DNA of 63,984 bases, counting the filler, from Craspedostauros australis (lineage: Eukaryota): NCBI GenBank assembly GCA_030167865.1. It is 12 parts of 12 records of this genome, joined end to end, with 100 filler letters (N's around TTAATTAATTAA, not from the genome) between each part and the next. Parts side by side here need not be neighbours in the genome. Positions count along the whole stretch, not along the records: positions 10,461 to 17,874 come from JALAGF010005830.1; positions 17,975 to 28,950 come from JALAGF010005831.1; 10 more parts are not named here. The stretch is one strand, 5' to 3'. The notes under the pieces are model-generated. The model was not told where the DNA came from, did no database searches, and saw nothing but the letters and a program-made list of their open reading frames with translations. Of the stretch, positions 13,591-24,584 are shown piece after piece. How positions within the stretch are numbered: the stretch's first letter is position 1; each line of letters opens with the position of its first letter. The position numbers and the translations under genes are program-made.

Positions 13591-16020
13591 TTACGGCGTG
13601 CAGTAACATTGGGAGCAACAGGTGCAGATGATTTCTGGGTCTTCGCCATTCCGACAGCTTGCGCAGTCGCTGAGAAAATGCCTGAGAGAGAATGAAGATG
13701 TGCAGAAGAGGGGGTCAAGGTCGCCGATGAAGTTGTTATTTTCCAGGAAAATATAGTCAACCTGTGTTAGCTGAGCCAGTTGTGTTTGGACTGTGCCATT
13801 GAATTGATTTGAGTGGACACCCAATCCGGTCAATGATGTGAGGAGACCAATCTCGGTCGGAAGTCGTCCACTAAACTGATTGTGATGGAGAATCATATGA
13901 CGCAATGATGTCAATCTACCAATCTCGGTTGGAAGCTGTGCGGTGAAAATATTCGAAAAAATGCCAAGAAAGGTCAGCACTGTCAGTTGACCAATCTCGG
14001 ATGGAAGCCGTGTGGTGAAGCTGTTCGAATCGACTCGAAGAGCACTCATCGCTGTCAGTCGGCCAATTTCTGATGGAATTGGTCCGGTGAGCTCATTGCA
14101 TCCAAGATCAAGATGTGTCAACGATGCCGATTGACCAATCTCTGATGGAAGTGGTCCGGTGAGCTCATTGGCCTGAAGACTAAGATGGGTCAACGACACC
14201 AATTGACCAATGTTGGATGGAAGTGGTCCAGTGAGCTCATTGCTCTCAAGACCAAGACGGGTCAACGATGTCATCTGACCAATCTCAGACGGAAGCGATC
14301 CGTTGAAGCTGTTGAAGCCCAGATAAGAAAATCCCAACAACGTCAGTTGACCAATCTGAGATGGAAGCTGTCCAGTGAGCTCAGTTTGTCCCAGATGGAG
14401 ATATTCCAATGATGTTAGCCGACCAATCTGAGATGGAAGTGGTCCGGTGAGCACATTTTGGCTCAAGTGAAGATATGCTAATGAAGTTAGCTGGCAAATC
14501 TGAGATGAGAATGGACCAGTAAACTTGTTTTGGCCCAGATCAAGATGTGTCAATTTCGTCAATTGCCAGATTTCTGAAGGAAATATACCTTGCAGTCCCA
14601 TGTATTTCAGAGTCAACTCTGACAGCATACTCAACTTGCCGATGTGACTGAAAGCGATATCGATCTGTCTGGTAGCCGAGATTCTCCCTTTCAACTCCCA
14701 TTTCTCAAGATGTGAGAGATGATACAGAGCCGGATCGACCTTGCCCCAAATGCCTCCAGTACTCAAGGCGACTCCTGAAACATGACCGGCACGACACGTC
14801 ACGCCACGAGAGCCAAAGTTCCAGTCACACACGTTAGTATCTGATAGAAAGTCCATCTTGTCATCCCAATTGGCTCCATCGAGTGAAAAGTACATGCTAA
14901 CCACTGCATAGTACTCCAATAGGCTCATGACATTGGCTTGGGCATTTCTTGCGACCATTGATGTGAGATCTGGATGGTTGCTGTTTGCCATCCAATTCAA
15001 GGTACGGTGTGCAGTGCTGGTTGGGCTGGCGAGTTTGGCCACATCGATGGAGGTGGGCTCTTGTTGGAGCGTGGGGGCAAGTGCCTCCCAAATGGTGAAG
15101 AAGGCCTCTGATTGATTGAAGCTGTGCACAGAAGATGAGGTTGGATATGAACTTGTCGTAGGCGACGGCGTGGATGACGGCAATGGTGCCGTCGGGGTCC
15201 AAGACGGTTGAGAGCTCAACATGGGCATCGGTGAAGGGGTCACTTCAGCCTTGGATGGAGTGCCAGTCGGCGTTGCTGTTGGATTTGACGTCGGACTTGA
15301 GGTTGGATCTGAAGTCGGATTCGAACTTGGTGTGGACGAGGGCATCGACGACAGCAATGGTGCCGTCAGGGTCCAAGACGGTTGAGAGCTCAACATGGGC
15401 GTCGGTGAAGGGGTCACTTCAGCCTTGGATGGAGTGCCAGTCGGCGTTGCTGTTGGATTTGACGTCGGACTTGAGGTTGGATCTGAAGTCGGATTCGAAC
15501 TTGTTGTGGACGAGGGCATTGATGACGGCAATGGCGATGTTGGGGTCCCAGACGGCTGAGGGCTCAACATGGGCGTTGGTGAAGGTGTCACTTCAGCCTT
15601 GGATGGTGTGCCAGTCGGTGCTGACGTCGGAGATGCGGTCGGATTCGAACTCGGTGTGGACGAGGGCATCGATGACGGCAATGGCGTTGTTGCGATCCAA
15701 GACGGTTGAGAGCTCAACATGGGCGTCGGCGAAGGTGTCACTTTGACTTTGGATGGTGCACCAGTAGGCGTTGATGGTATTTCGATCGACTCTCGTTCAC
15801 CACCTGCAACTGGTCCACCACCACCCGTTCTATTGCTTGTGGCAACGTCAGCTACCACAGCTACCACTATACCGAGAACGCAGACGATAGCCAACGAGAT
15901 GAAGCATTGCCGTCGCCGGTTCTGTTTTTGTGTTTCGTGCGAATCTTCACCGTCCGCGCCGGGGAGACGGGTAGTGAAGACATCGCCGGCCGCCATCGGG
16001 AATTCTTCATCGGCACTCAT
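13591..16020 (-). CDS. Membrane-anchored leucine-rich-repeat protein (N-terminal TM helix, Pro/Ser/Thr stalk, LRR N-cap, 24-aa LRRs, Cys-rich C-cap)
   Basis: TM helix FISLAIVCVLGIVVAVV. PTSSPT stalk. N-cap YFSLDGANW...FLSDTNVCDW..GVTC. More than 10 repeats of LxxLxLxxNxLTGPLPSEIGxL. C-terminal CTCCSQC. Likely start MSADEEFPM at 16020. Confidence 0.9.
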   Translation of the reverse strand: MSADEEFPMAAGDVFTTRLPGADGEDSHETQKQNRRRQCFISLAIVCVLGIVVAVVADVATSNRTGGGGPVAGGERESIEIPSTPTGAPSKVKVTPSPTPMLSSQPSWIATTPLPSSMPSSTPSSNPTASPTSAPTGTPSKAEVTPSPTPMLSPQPSGTPTSPLPSSMPSSTTSSNPTSDPTSSPTSNPTATPTGTPSKAEVTPSPTPMLSSQPSWTLTAPLLSSMPSSTPSSNPTSDPTSSPTSNPTATPTGTPSKAEVTPSPMPMLSSQPSWTPTAPLPSSTPSPTTSSYPTSSSVHSFNQSEAFFTIWEALAPTLQQEPTSIDVAKLASPTSTAHRTLNWMANSNHPDLTSMVARNAQANVMSLLEYYAVVSMYFSLDGANWDDKMDFLSDTNVCDWNFGSRGVTCRAGHVSGVALSTGGIWGKVDPALYHLSHLEKWELKGRISATRQIDIAFSHIGKLSMLSELTLKYMGLQGIFPSEIWQLTKLTHLDLGQNKFTGPFSSQICQLTSLAYLHLSQNVLTGPLPSQIGRLTSLEYLHLGQTELTGQLPSQIGQLTLLGFSYLGFNSFNGSLPSEIGQMTSLTRLGLESNELTGPLPSNIGQLVSLTHLSLQANELTGPLPSEIGQSASLTHLDLGCNELTGPIPSEIGRLTAMSALRVDSNSFTTRLPSEIGQLTVLTFLGIFSNIFTAQLPTEIGRLTSLRHMILHHNQFSGRLPTEIGLLTSLTGLGVHSNQFNGTVQTQLAQLTQVDYIFLENNNFIGDLDPLFCTSSFSLRHFLSDCASCRNGEDPEIICTCCSQCYCTP
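15170..15745 (-). repeat. Coding tandem repeat (174, 174 and 150 nt units) encoding the Pro/Ser/Thr stalk
   Basis: The caatgg...ccaagacggttgagagctcaacatgggc motif recurs at 15181, 15355, 15529 and 15679. Confidence 0.85.
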
Positions 16021-16927
16021 GCTTGATGGAGTATGCAAATTGTTTGGCGGAGTGATCAATGGCTGGATTGGGAGTTCATTTGGTTTTGTTTCGTCTCGGG
16101 CTTCGTTGTTGTTGTTGACATGCTCTCGCTTTGTTGTTTGGAACAACAACCAAGTCCTCTCTCTGTCTCTCTCTCTTTGTTGTTCTGTTGCGCACAGTGC
16201 CTGTTTGCGATGGCTTGTGCTTCTTCCCGCTGCTGTGAGGTTAGACGCGTCAGCGCCGCCAAAGTGCATTATGAAAAGCCGTTGGTTGGACGTTGCCACG
16301 TGTTCGTATCTGTTAAGTATCTTGCTTGCCGCACCCGGATGTACTTTGTGCCGCACAAATTATTTTTTCCGATGGCTTCTACCGCACGTGCCTGCAATCA
16401 GCCTTCTAGCTTCGCGGATGTTCTTTACTATCACGCATACAAACCGAATAGCCAAGAAGGTGGTACTCATCCGCTCCTATGATCGCGTGCATGATCGCAT
16501 GCTGGGTCGCATTTTCGGAAGGCGATGGGTCCGGTACGGGGTCGGAGGGCAATGCCAACCATGCGAGTACACACCTCTCTACTGTACACTCTAATCGTAT
16601 CCACCAGCGACCTCCAAAGGGTCCTTCTGAGCGTTGCGTCGATGACCCTTCCAACATGTGCTATGCGACGATGTCGGTGACGATGAGAACGATTTCCGAA
16701 GAAAGTGAGATGATATATTTGATTTACCGTGTATCCCATCCCCAACAACAAACAGTGCGATCTTCAGCCGTCTCCTCGACAAAGAAACCAAGCGAAAGTC
16801 ACCACAACGAGTCTCCGAAAATTGGCGCCAAACGAAACAACACGCGGAAACAGACGTGCAGTCACAAGTCCGTGATTAGACCTCTCTGGACTGCTGAAAG
16901 AGCGTGCGCGGATACGACGATGCCAAC

Positions 16928-17874
16928 ATGAGGAGGACACCAGCATCAGTATCATCATCAGCATCATCGACACCTTGGTCGGTCGGCCCGATCCTTCGGA
17001 CGGTCCTTGCGATCGCCATCTTCCTCAGCCTTGCGCAGATCTCATCGCTCCGCTTCATATCCAACCTCTTCGATGTCCCTGATGTCATCATCACATCGTT
17101 CAAGGGGGATGGTAACACAGCCACAGCCACAGCCACACGCTCCCAATGGCCGGAAGCCACTCCGTCAGGACTGTCGGGCGTGCTGAAGATGCCACCGTTC
17201 GACACGATCCACGACTTCTCGACCGGCCACAGACCGCAGCGGTTCATGGCAGGGTACAGCAGGGATGATCTGCTGCAGGGTCGCGGGGTGTCATTCGAAG
17301 ACAACGAGGACGGGACCGTCGACATGACAACGTTCCCTGCTGCGTCATCCACAGCGGACGACAGCACGCAACGGTTTGCTGGCATGACGCGAGAACAGCC
17401 CAGCGATGGCTATTCGGCCGCGTGGCTCGTCACCGTCGACCGCTTGCTCAGCAACGGCCGCATCAGCCTGCAGCATCTTCACGAAGCCAAGAGCATCAAC
17501 CTGGAGTTTGGTCACTTCGCCATGAGCGCGAAGAGCTGGAATCTGCAAGCCGTCGACATGTTCGATTTCTTCGTGCATCATCTGTCGTACTACGAGAAGA
17601 TCACGGGCAGGAGCGCGGAGCTGCTGGGCGACACGATCCAGCTGTTGGAAGGCATGCAGGATGACTACGAGCGCAACGACTTCTACAACAACGCCTCGAA
17701 GCAACGCAACGGACACACCTTGGCGATCGTAGCGTACTACGCGGCCAAGCTCAACGGCCCGGCATTGCGACGCAGCCAGCTGTTCCTCAACATCACGGTC
17801 AAGACTGTGGCGGCCGTGTTCCCAAATGTTGTCGTATTCGTGGGAGATCCATCCGACTACGCCTACGTCGCGCA
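16928..17874 (+). CDS. Hypothetical type II membrane or secreted protein, 3'-truncated
   Basis: Open frame of more than 310 aa with GC3-rich codons and an N-terminal hydrophobic helix (ILRTVLAIAIFLSLAQI). Runs into the scaffold end. Confidence 0.7.
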
Positions 17875-18107
17875 NNNNNNNNNNNNNNNNNNNNNNNNNN
17901 NNNNNNNNNNNNNNNNNNTTAATTAATTAANNNNNNNNNNNNNNNNNNNNNNNNNNNNNNNNNNNNNNNNNNNNTCCAAATGAGACTTTCAATTGGATTG
18001 TGAGCATGTGATGTGCAGCATCCATTATAGTTGGATCTGCAACATCTCTATTAGTAGTGGTATAGTGGAGCGTTGAGTCTCCGTACGTGCAATCATCGCG
18101 GTGTCGA

Positions 18108-18247
18108 TGTTGCCATTTCCAAGAGGAGACATCAATTTCGTGACGGTCGGAGAGAGAGTTTGTTGTTCACTCTCCTCCGATCAATTTGGGGGAACAAGGT
18201 TCATCCAACGGTTTGACCCGATTGTCCGTTCAGGACAGGTCATGTCA
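18108..18247 (-). repeat. Probable 3' LTR of a related copia element on the minus strand
   Basis: The minus strand reads GGGCG|TGACA...GCAACA, the same boundary motifs as the LTRs at 24326 and 39972. Confidence 0.45.
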
Positions 18248-18589
18248 CGCCCATAAGTGGCGTGGGANNNNNNNNNNNNNNNNNNNNNNNNNNNNNNNNN
18301 NNNNNNNNNNNNNNNNNNNNNNNNNNNNNNNNNNNNNNNNNNNNNNNNNNNNNNNNNNNGAGTCACGCTTCAATCCCGCTCAAACTCTGAGCAGTCGGTC
18401 ATTTGACTAACTAGACTAAATCTTAACACGACTAATAGGAATACTAGTTTGAGCTAATAACAACCGTACCTGGACGACCGTCATCAAGGAGCTTGTTGAG
18501 CTTGAAGATGCGGACATGGAGTTCATCCACAAGAAACTTGGAAGGATCGAACGATCCATCCAGAGTCCGGAGAAAACATCATCCAAGCA

Positions 18590-21500
18590 TTGTCTCTTTT
18601 GCCAACGCTTACTTTGATCAACATTGAAAACATTCTTTGCATCCTTGCTTTCGCAAAAGAGCGACAGATCGATCAGGCCACCGATTGGGACGCAATCGAC
18701 AAGTTCATCAAGTTCTCTGGATATGAAGTGCCATCTATCGAGACCCCAGTTGCACTCCGAGCAATTCAGTTGCAGTTAGAGGCGGACATGAAGGCAACAA
18801 GCCGAGAGCTCGCAGATGCTTCAAGCCGCGAGGTTGTGGTGCACTCACCACAGCGCCAGCCGGACCTGCAACGATCGCCATCTATGCCATCTGGCTAGCG
18901 ATATGATAAGGTCACCATGCCAGAGGCCGAGCCATTCAGCGGACTCAACATCGAGTGGTACCAGTGGAAGACGGACTTCATGCAACAACTGGTCACCACC
19001 AGATATGCAGACTACATGGAAGCGGAGAAGCCAGCACACTACCGAGCATCAGTGGACACTCAATTCTATGCGGTCTTCAAGTCCAGGACATGCAAGGGCG
19101 ACGCGCAGTACATCGTCAATGCTGAGGAACCAAGCTGTCACGCCGCATTCCAATCTCTCATTTGGATCTACGAGTCCAGCGAGAATCGGGCTGGCATCGT
19201 GGCAGAGGAGGAGGCAAGGCTCTCCAAGCTCATCTACACTGGGGACAGTCCATTTGCAACATTCATCAACGACTTCTCGATGTCTATTCACGCTATCGAG
19301 GACAACGGCAAGCCGATGAACGATCAGGAGAAGATTGCAAGATTCTTCTGCAACATCCGCGACGAGCGATTTGCAAGCATGATCACCAGCCTACAGCAGA
19401 CAAAGGAATCATTCTCCTGGGTCCGCGAAACGCTCATGCGCCATGACAAGATCCTCGACAAGTCTCCAGGACGCAGTCGCCGCACGCATCAGAAAGACAG
19501 TCGTCCGGACCGCAAGCGGCCGTACGACGAAGCATCTGGTGACCGCAAGAAGTCCTCCCACTACCGTCTGCCAAACATGGTGTTCAGAAGCCTACCTGCC
19601 GCAGCACAAGTGCTAGTGGTGGAGTCTTCATGCCACTTCCGCAACACCTGAGAACAAATCAGCAAGGCTGCGCTCAAACGCGCCAAGCCTGCTGAGTTCG
19701 CCAAGACCCAAGAGCAACAAGCTCAGCGCAAGTCCCACAAGCGCGCAAGATTCGGCAACAAGACCAATTGTGTCAAGAAGTATGGACCATGTGACAACAG
19801 TTCCTGACAACCACCAGCGGCTGTCACATGCCGTCAATCGGAAGTCAGCATTCATATCAAGGATCGGGATAACACTGACCTGGCGCATGATACTGCGGAG
19901 AGTAAGCCGGCAGCCAGAGCCCCGGAAACGCTACAGGTGTCGCGTCACAGCACAACCCACCCAAATACAGAGCACACGATTCGACGGGCAAGAGTAACGA
20001 ATAGTAGCCACGGCTATATCATTCTAGACTCAGGGGCGGACAGCGGCATTGTACACGAGTCTGGATGGGAAGTGACCCGACAGCATCTGCAGAAGCTCCA
20101 CGCTCGCGGCGCGACCGTGGATTCACCGGTCGATGCGTTTGCAATGGTTGACGCAGTGGCAGCATACGATCCGTCAGACGGCGGAGTGATTCTCATCAAG
20201 GCATATTTCGTGGCTCTCGACAAGCATCCACGGCAGATGGAGTTGCTATTCAACATGCACCACATGCGAGCTTCCGGCGTGCGCGTCTACGACAGACTTC
20301 GACAACACGATGGGCAGCAACGGATATTGTCTGGTGACATCAGCATCCCACTGGCAAATCATGACGGAAATACCCTGCGCATCCCAATCCGCAAACCAAC
20401 AGCTCACGAGCTCACCCAAGCCGCGCACATCACGATATGCGACAGGCACCGACGCCTAAGGCGATCACACACACATGTCGACTTCGACAAAGTAGTCCAA
20501 CATCTCCCACCGCAAGTGGTGGCGAAGACCAAGGAAGCATCCACCCAGCTGGCAGAGACTCCCATCGAAGCAGAGTCAAGACTCATCCCGAGGCAGTACC
20601 GAGCACAGCAAGCAGGTGCGCTGCAACCACACCGAATCAAGGGAAGAGTGGACACAGATCCATTTTTCTCCACAGTCCCATCCATTCGACATTACTGATG
20701 CATCCAACTCTTCACGCACAGCGAATCCAAGTTCATCTGGGCCAAACCGCTACGCAGAGAGGCGATGGCGCCAGGGGCGCTAACGGAATTCATTTTTCAA
20801 GTCGGGGCACCCGATCTACTCATCTCGGACAACTCACAAGTCCAAGCCGGCAAGGCATGGAAGGCTGTCACCACGAGGTACATGATCAAGCACTCCTTCA
20901 CTGCTCCAATGAACCAAAATCAGAACTGCGCGGAAAGAGCTATCGGCGATATCAAACGGCACGCATACCAGATGTTGTGGGTGGCCACTGCACCTCTCAC
21001 ATTCTGGTGTCACACGGTGCAACATGCGATTGATGTATGGAACTACACGGTGAAGGAAAGCATCCAATAGCGAACTCCTGTCGAGATGCTCCGCGGGAAC
21101 ACTCTGGACATCTCCATGTTCGGATTCACATCCTTTCAGCCGGTCTGGTATTTCGAGCCGATGACAAAGTTCCCACATCACCCATTCAAGCCTGGACACT
21201 TCTTGGGAATTGCATGGGACCATGGGGACCCTTTCACCTACCACATTTGGTTGCCAAAAGGCGAAGACGTCACCAAGGGCACGGCCCTGGTGCGCAACAT
21301 TGTGAAACCACGAATCGCGGAAGGCGCAAGTGCACCGCAAATCACTGACGAGGAAGTGCAACGAATCGCACGCCTTGATCTCATACACTACACAACCAAT
21401 GGCAAATCGGAGAAGCGGGTGCGAACCAAGACTATTCCGGCGCAGCTTGCTCAACAGGTCCGTGAGGCCATCGACGCGGTTGCCATGCGGTCAGGGGCGG

Positions 21501-24328
21501 CGGCTCACATTCCTGAAGCAGGACCACCGGAGGTCAGGGGCGTCGCGGTGAACGAAAACAGTACTCCCAACGCAGACCGATGGTTCGATCAGCCAAATGT
21601 CATCGCAGACGACGATGACGACCGCGACAGCGGGCCCACGGGCGCAATATCCGACAAAGACGGGGACGACGATCCCTCAACTGGCAACATCTCGGACGAA
21701 TCCGATGGCTATGAACCGGTGAGGATTCCAGATCCACCCCAGCAACGGATTCAGGGGCGTATCGACACTCTGGCTGAGTGCGAGCATGACGAAATGTTCC
21801 AAAATCAGATCACAAAAGACGAAACGAACGACCCAGCAATCGCATCTGTCGATGGCCATTCATTCCAAGGCGGACATCTCCATCTCAATGTGAAATGGGA
21901 CAACGATGAGATGCAGTGGTTCCGATACAACATCCTGAGGGCAGACCATCCCGAGCTCGTGGCGCGATACATCATCGCAAACGAACCGAAACGGCATGAC
22001 AGACACAATCGGCAATCGACGACAATGCTGAAATGGGCAAAGCACGCTGTGCGCGCAATACGAAGACGCATGCGACGCATCGAACGCACGCACATATTCA
22101 CAGTTGACGACGATGATAACATATCCATCTTGAGACGCATGTGGCCAGGGAAGAAGAAACCAAAGAAGGACTTCTTCGCCACCGTGTTTCACTACGGAGT
22201 GGAAGTGCCGCGCAACATGAAGCACGCACTCCAGCTTGACGAGTCCAACGGCAACACATTGTGGAGAGACGCGGCAAAGAAGGAGATCGACGCTTTCATC
22301 AAACTCAACTGCTTCAAGTTTCATCCATCAACATACCAACCTTCCTCAGACTATCATAGCACCAAGAAACGGCTAGTCTTCGCAGTGAAACAGGATCTGC
22401 GACGCAAGGGGCGCCTGGTCACCGGAGGCCACCTCATCAAACTCGCTGACAACATCAGAGTATACTTGTCCACAGTGAAGTCCACCAGTGTTTGAATACT
22501 CGACATCATTGCTGACGCCAACAAGCTGAAACAACTGTGCGGCGACGTTGGCAACGCATTCGTCAACGCATACACCAACGAGAAGATCTACGTGAGAGCT
22601 GGAAAGGAATTCAATCACCGTGAAGGTCAGACCATCGTACTCAAGAAGGTGCTGTATGGACTTTGATCGAGTGCACANNNNNNNNNNNNNNNNNNNNNNN
22701 NNNNNNNNNNNNNNNNNNNNNNNNNNNGACGCTTTCATCAAACTCAACTGCTTCAAGTTTCATCCATCAACACACCAACCTTCCTCAGACTATCATAGCA
22801 CCAAGAAACGGTTAGTCTTCGCAGTGAAATAGGATCTGCAACGCAAGGGGCGCCTGGTCACCGGAGGCCACCTCATCGAACTCGCTGACAACATCAGAGT
22901 ATACTTGTCCACAGTGAAGTCCACCAGTGTTTGAATACTCGACGTCATTGCTGACGCCAACAAGCTGAAACAACTGTGCGGCGACGTTGGCAACGCATTT
23001 GTCAACGCATACACCAACGAGAAGATCTACGCGAGAGCTGGAAAGGAATTCAATCACCGTGAAGGTCAGACCATCGTACTCAAGAAGGTGCTGTATGGAC
23101 TTTGATCGAGTGCACAACGCTTCCATGCTCACTTTGCAAACACACTCTCATCCATGGGGTTCTCCCCATCTCGACATGATCAAAAGATGTATGGATCAAG
23201 CTCAGAGATGATACTGGCTATGATTACATCTGCACACATGTTGGCGACTTCAAGATCGTGGCAAGGGATCCAGATCAATACATGAAGTCTATCCAGCAAG
23301 TCTACACAATCAAAGACATTGGACCACCCAAATACTATCTGGGCAACGACTATTCCAAGAATGCCAAGGGCAAATGGAGCGTTGGATGTGACAAATACAT
23401 CGCGAACGCACTGGACAAAGTCGAGCGGCAACATGGTGTGCTGAACAAACAGCTCGTGGCCATGTGCAACAAGGATCATCCGGAAACGGACAACTCCAAA
23501 CTACTCACACCTGATGAACATCAACAGTGCCAGCAGCTTATTGGCATGCTGAACTGGGTTGTTCAACTTGGACGTTTCAACGTCGCTTTTGCAGCTTCTT
23601 CACTTTCTCGATTCACTGCATCACCACGCAAAGGACACCTTGTGCGGGTGCTCAAGATCTGGGGCTACCTCAAGGCAAAGTCCACACTCAGAACGCAAGT
23701 CGACTCCAGACCCATGATACTTGAAAACTTCGATTCGACGCCCTCCAACCCAGACTTGGTTGTGCAAACGAAGGAAGAGTACCCTGAGGCGACGGAGGAC
23801 ATCGACGACCGATCGCCCAAGCCGATTTATCCAGAGCTACCCATGTATGCATTCGTCAATGCGGACCACGCACACGATCTCGTCACACGACGATCCAACA
23901 CTGGCATCATACTATTCCTTGGCAGGACACCTGTGTACTTCGTGAGCAAGAGGCAAACATTGGTTACCACGTCAACGTACAGCACAGAATTCAACGCGAT
24001 GCGATCAGTGACGGAGGAAATCATTGAACTACGATATGCGCTCCGATCGCTGGGAGTACGCGTCAAATCGCCAACGATCACATTCTGTGACAACAATGCG
24101 GTAATCTCGAACACGACCATCGCAGACAGCCTGCTGCAGAAGAAGCATGTGGCCATCTCATTTCATCGAGTCCGGGAGGCCGTCGGCGCCGGGATACTGG
24201 TCCCAGTACACGTCCCATCGGCTCACAACTTTGCTGACATGCTCACCAAGGCATTGGCAAAGCCAACACTAACGCTTCTTGTCACAGCTCTCTTCTATCC
24301 GGGTCTACCTCAAGATCAAGGGGCGTGA
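18590..24328 (+). pseudogene. Single-frame gag-pol polyprotein with multiple nonsense mutations
   Basis: PR: IILDSGAD. IN: VDTDPFFS / LISDNS / QNCAERAI. RT: DVGNAFVNA / LYGL / THVGDF (degenerate YVDD). RH: NADHAHD / YSTEF / CDN / NFADMLTK. In-frame stops at 18896, 19649, 19805, 20696, 21068, 22493 and 22664. Confidence 0.9.
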
Positions 24329-24446
24329 CAACTTTCTCTGTACCTTCTTACCTCTTTACAAATCATATTAGTCAATATACTGGTCGGGGGATTGTCTTCG
24401 GACAACTCACAAATAAGAACAAGAGCTCCGGCCAGGGCACGCAACA
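24326..24446 (+). repeat. 3' LTR (~121 bp, TGACA...GCAACA)
   Basis: Follows the PPT-like tract. Homologous to 39853-39972 (minus strand), and homology ends at CA. Confidence 0.8.
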
Positions 24447-24584
24447 ACAGACCAATACGTCTATAGTAGCTACTTGTGCACTTTGACATCACACACAACC
24501 ATCAACACACATGCATGATCTGTTGTTGTTCTACGAAATGCTAATAAATGTATCGTATTTCTCTACTTCTTCGGGATGCAGCGG

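Larger units (their letters stand above)
18360..24446 (+). mobile_element. Ty1/copia LTR retrotransposon (CoDi-like, chromodomain-bearing), decayed; 5' LTR not visible
   Basis: Domain order gag-PR-IN-RT-RH, with a purine tract AAGGGGCG followed by the 3' LTR. Confidence 0.92.

Noticed and set aside
16021..16356. 112-aa N-terminal extension of the LRR ORF in the ORF track
   Set aside because: It starts at a non-ATG codon and runs through microsatellite-like UTR sequence. The ATG at 16020 is more plausible.
22288..23117. Near-identical tandem duplications flanking 50-N gaps (also near 26.5-27.3k, 30.3-31.1k, 44.2-45.0k, 55.6-55.7k, 57.3-57.9k and 63.0-63.9k)
   Set aside because: The pattern fits unmerged overlapping contigs, haplotypes or repeat copies rather than biological duplication.
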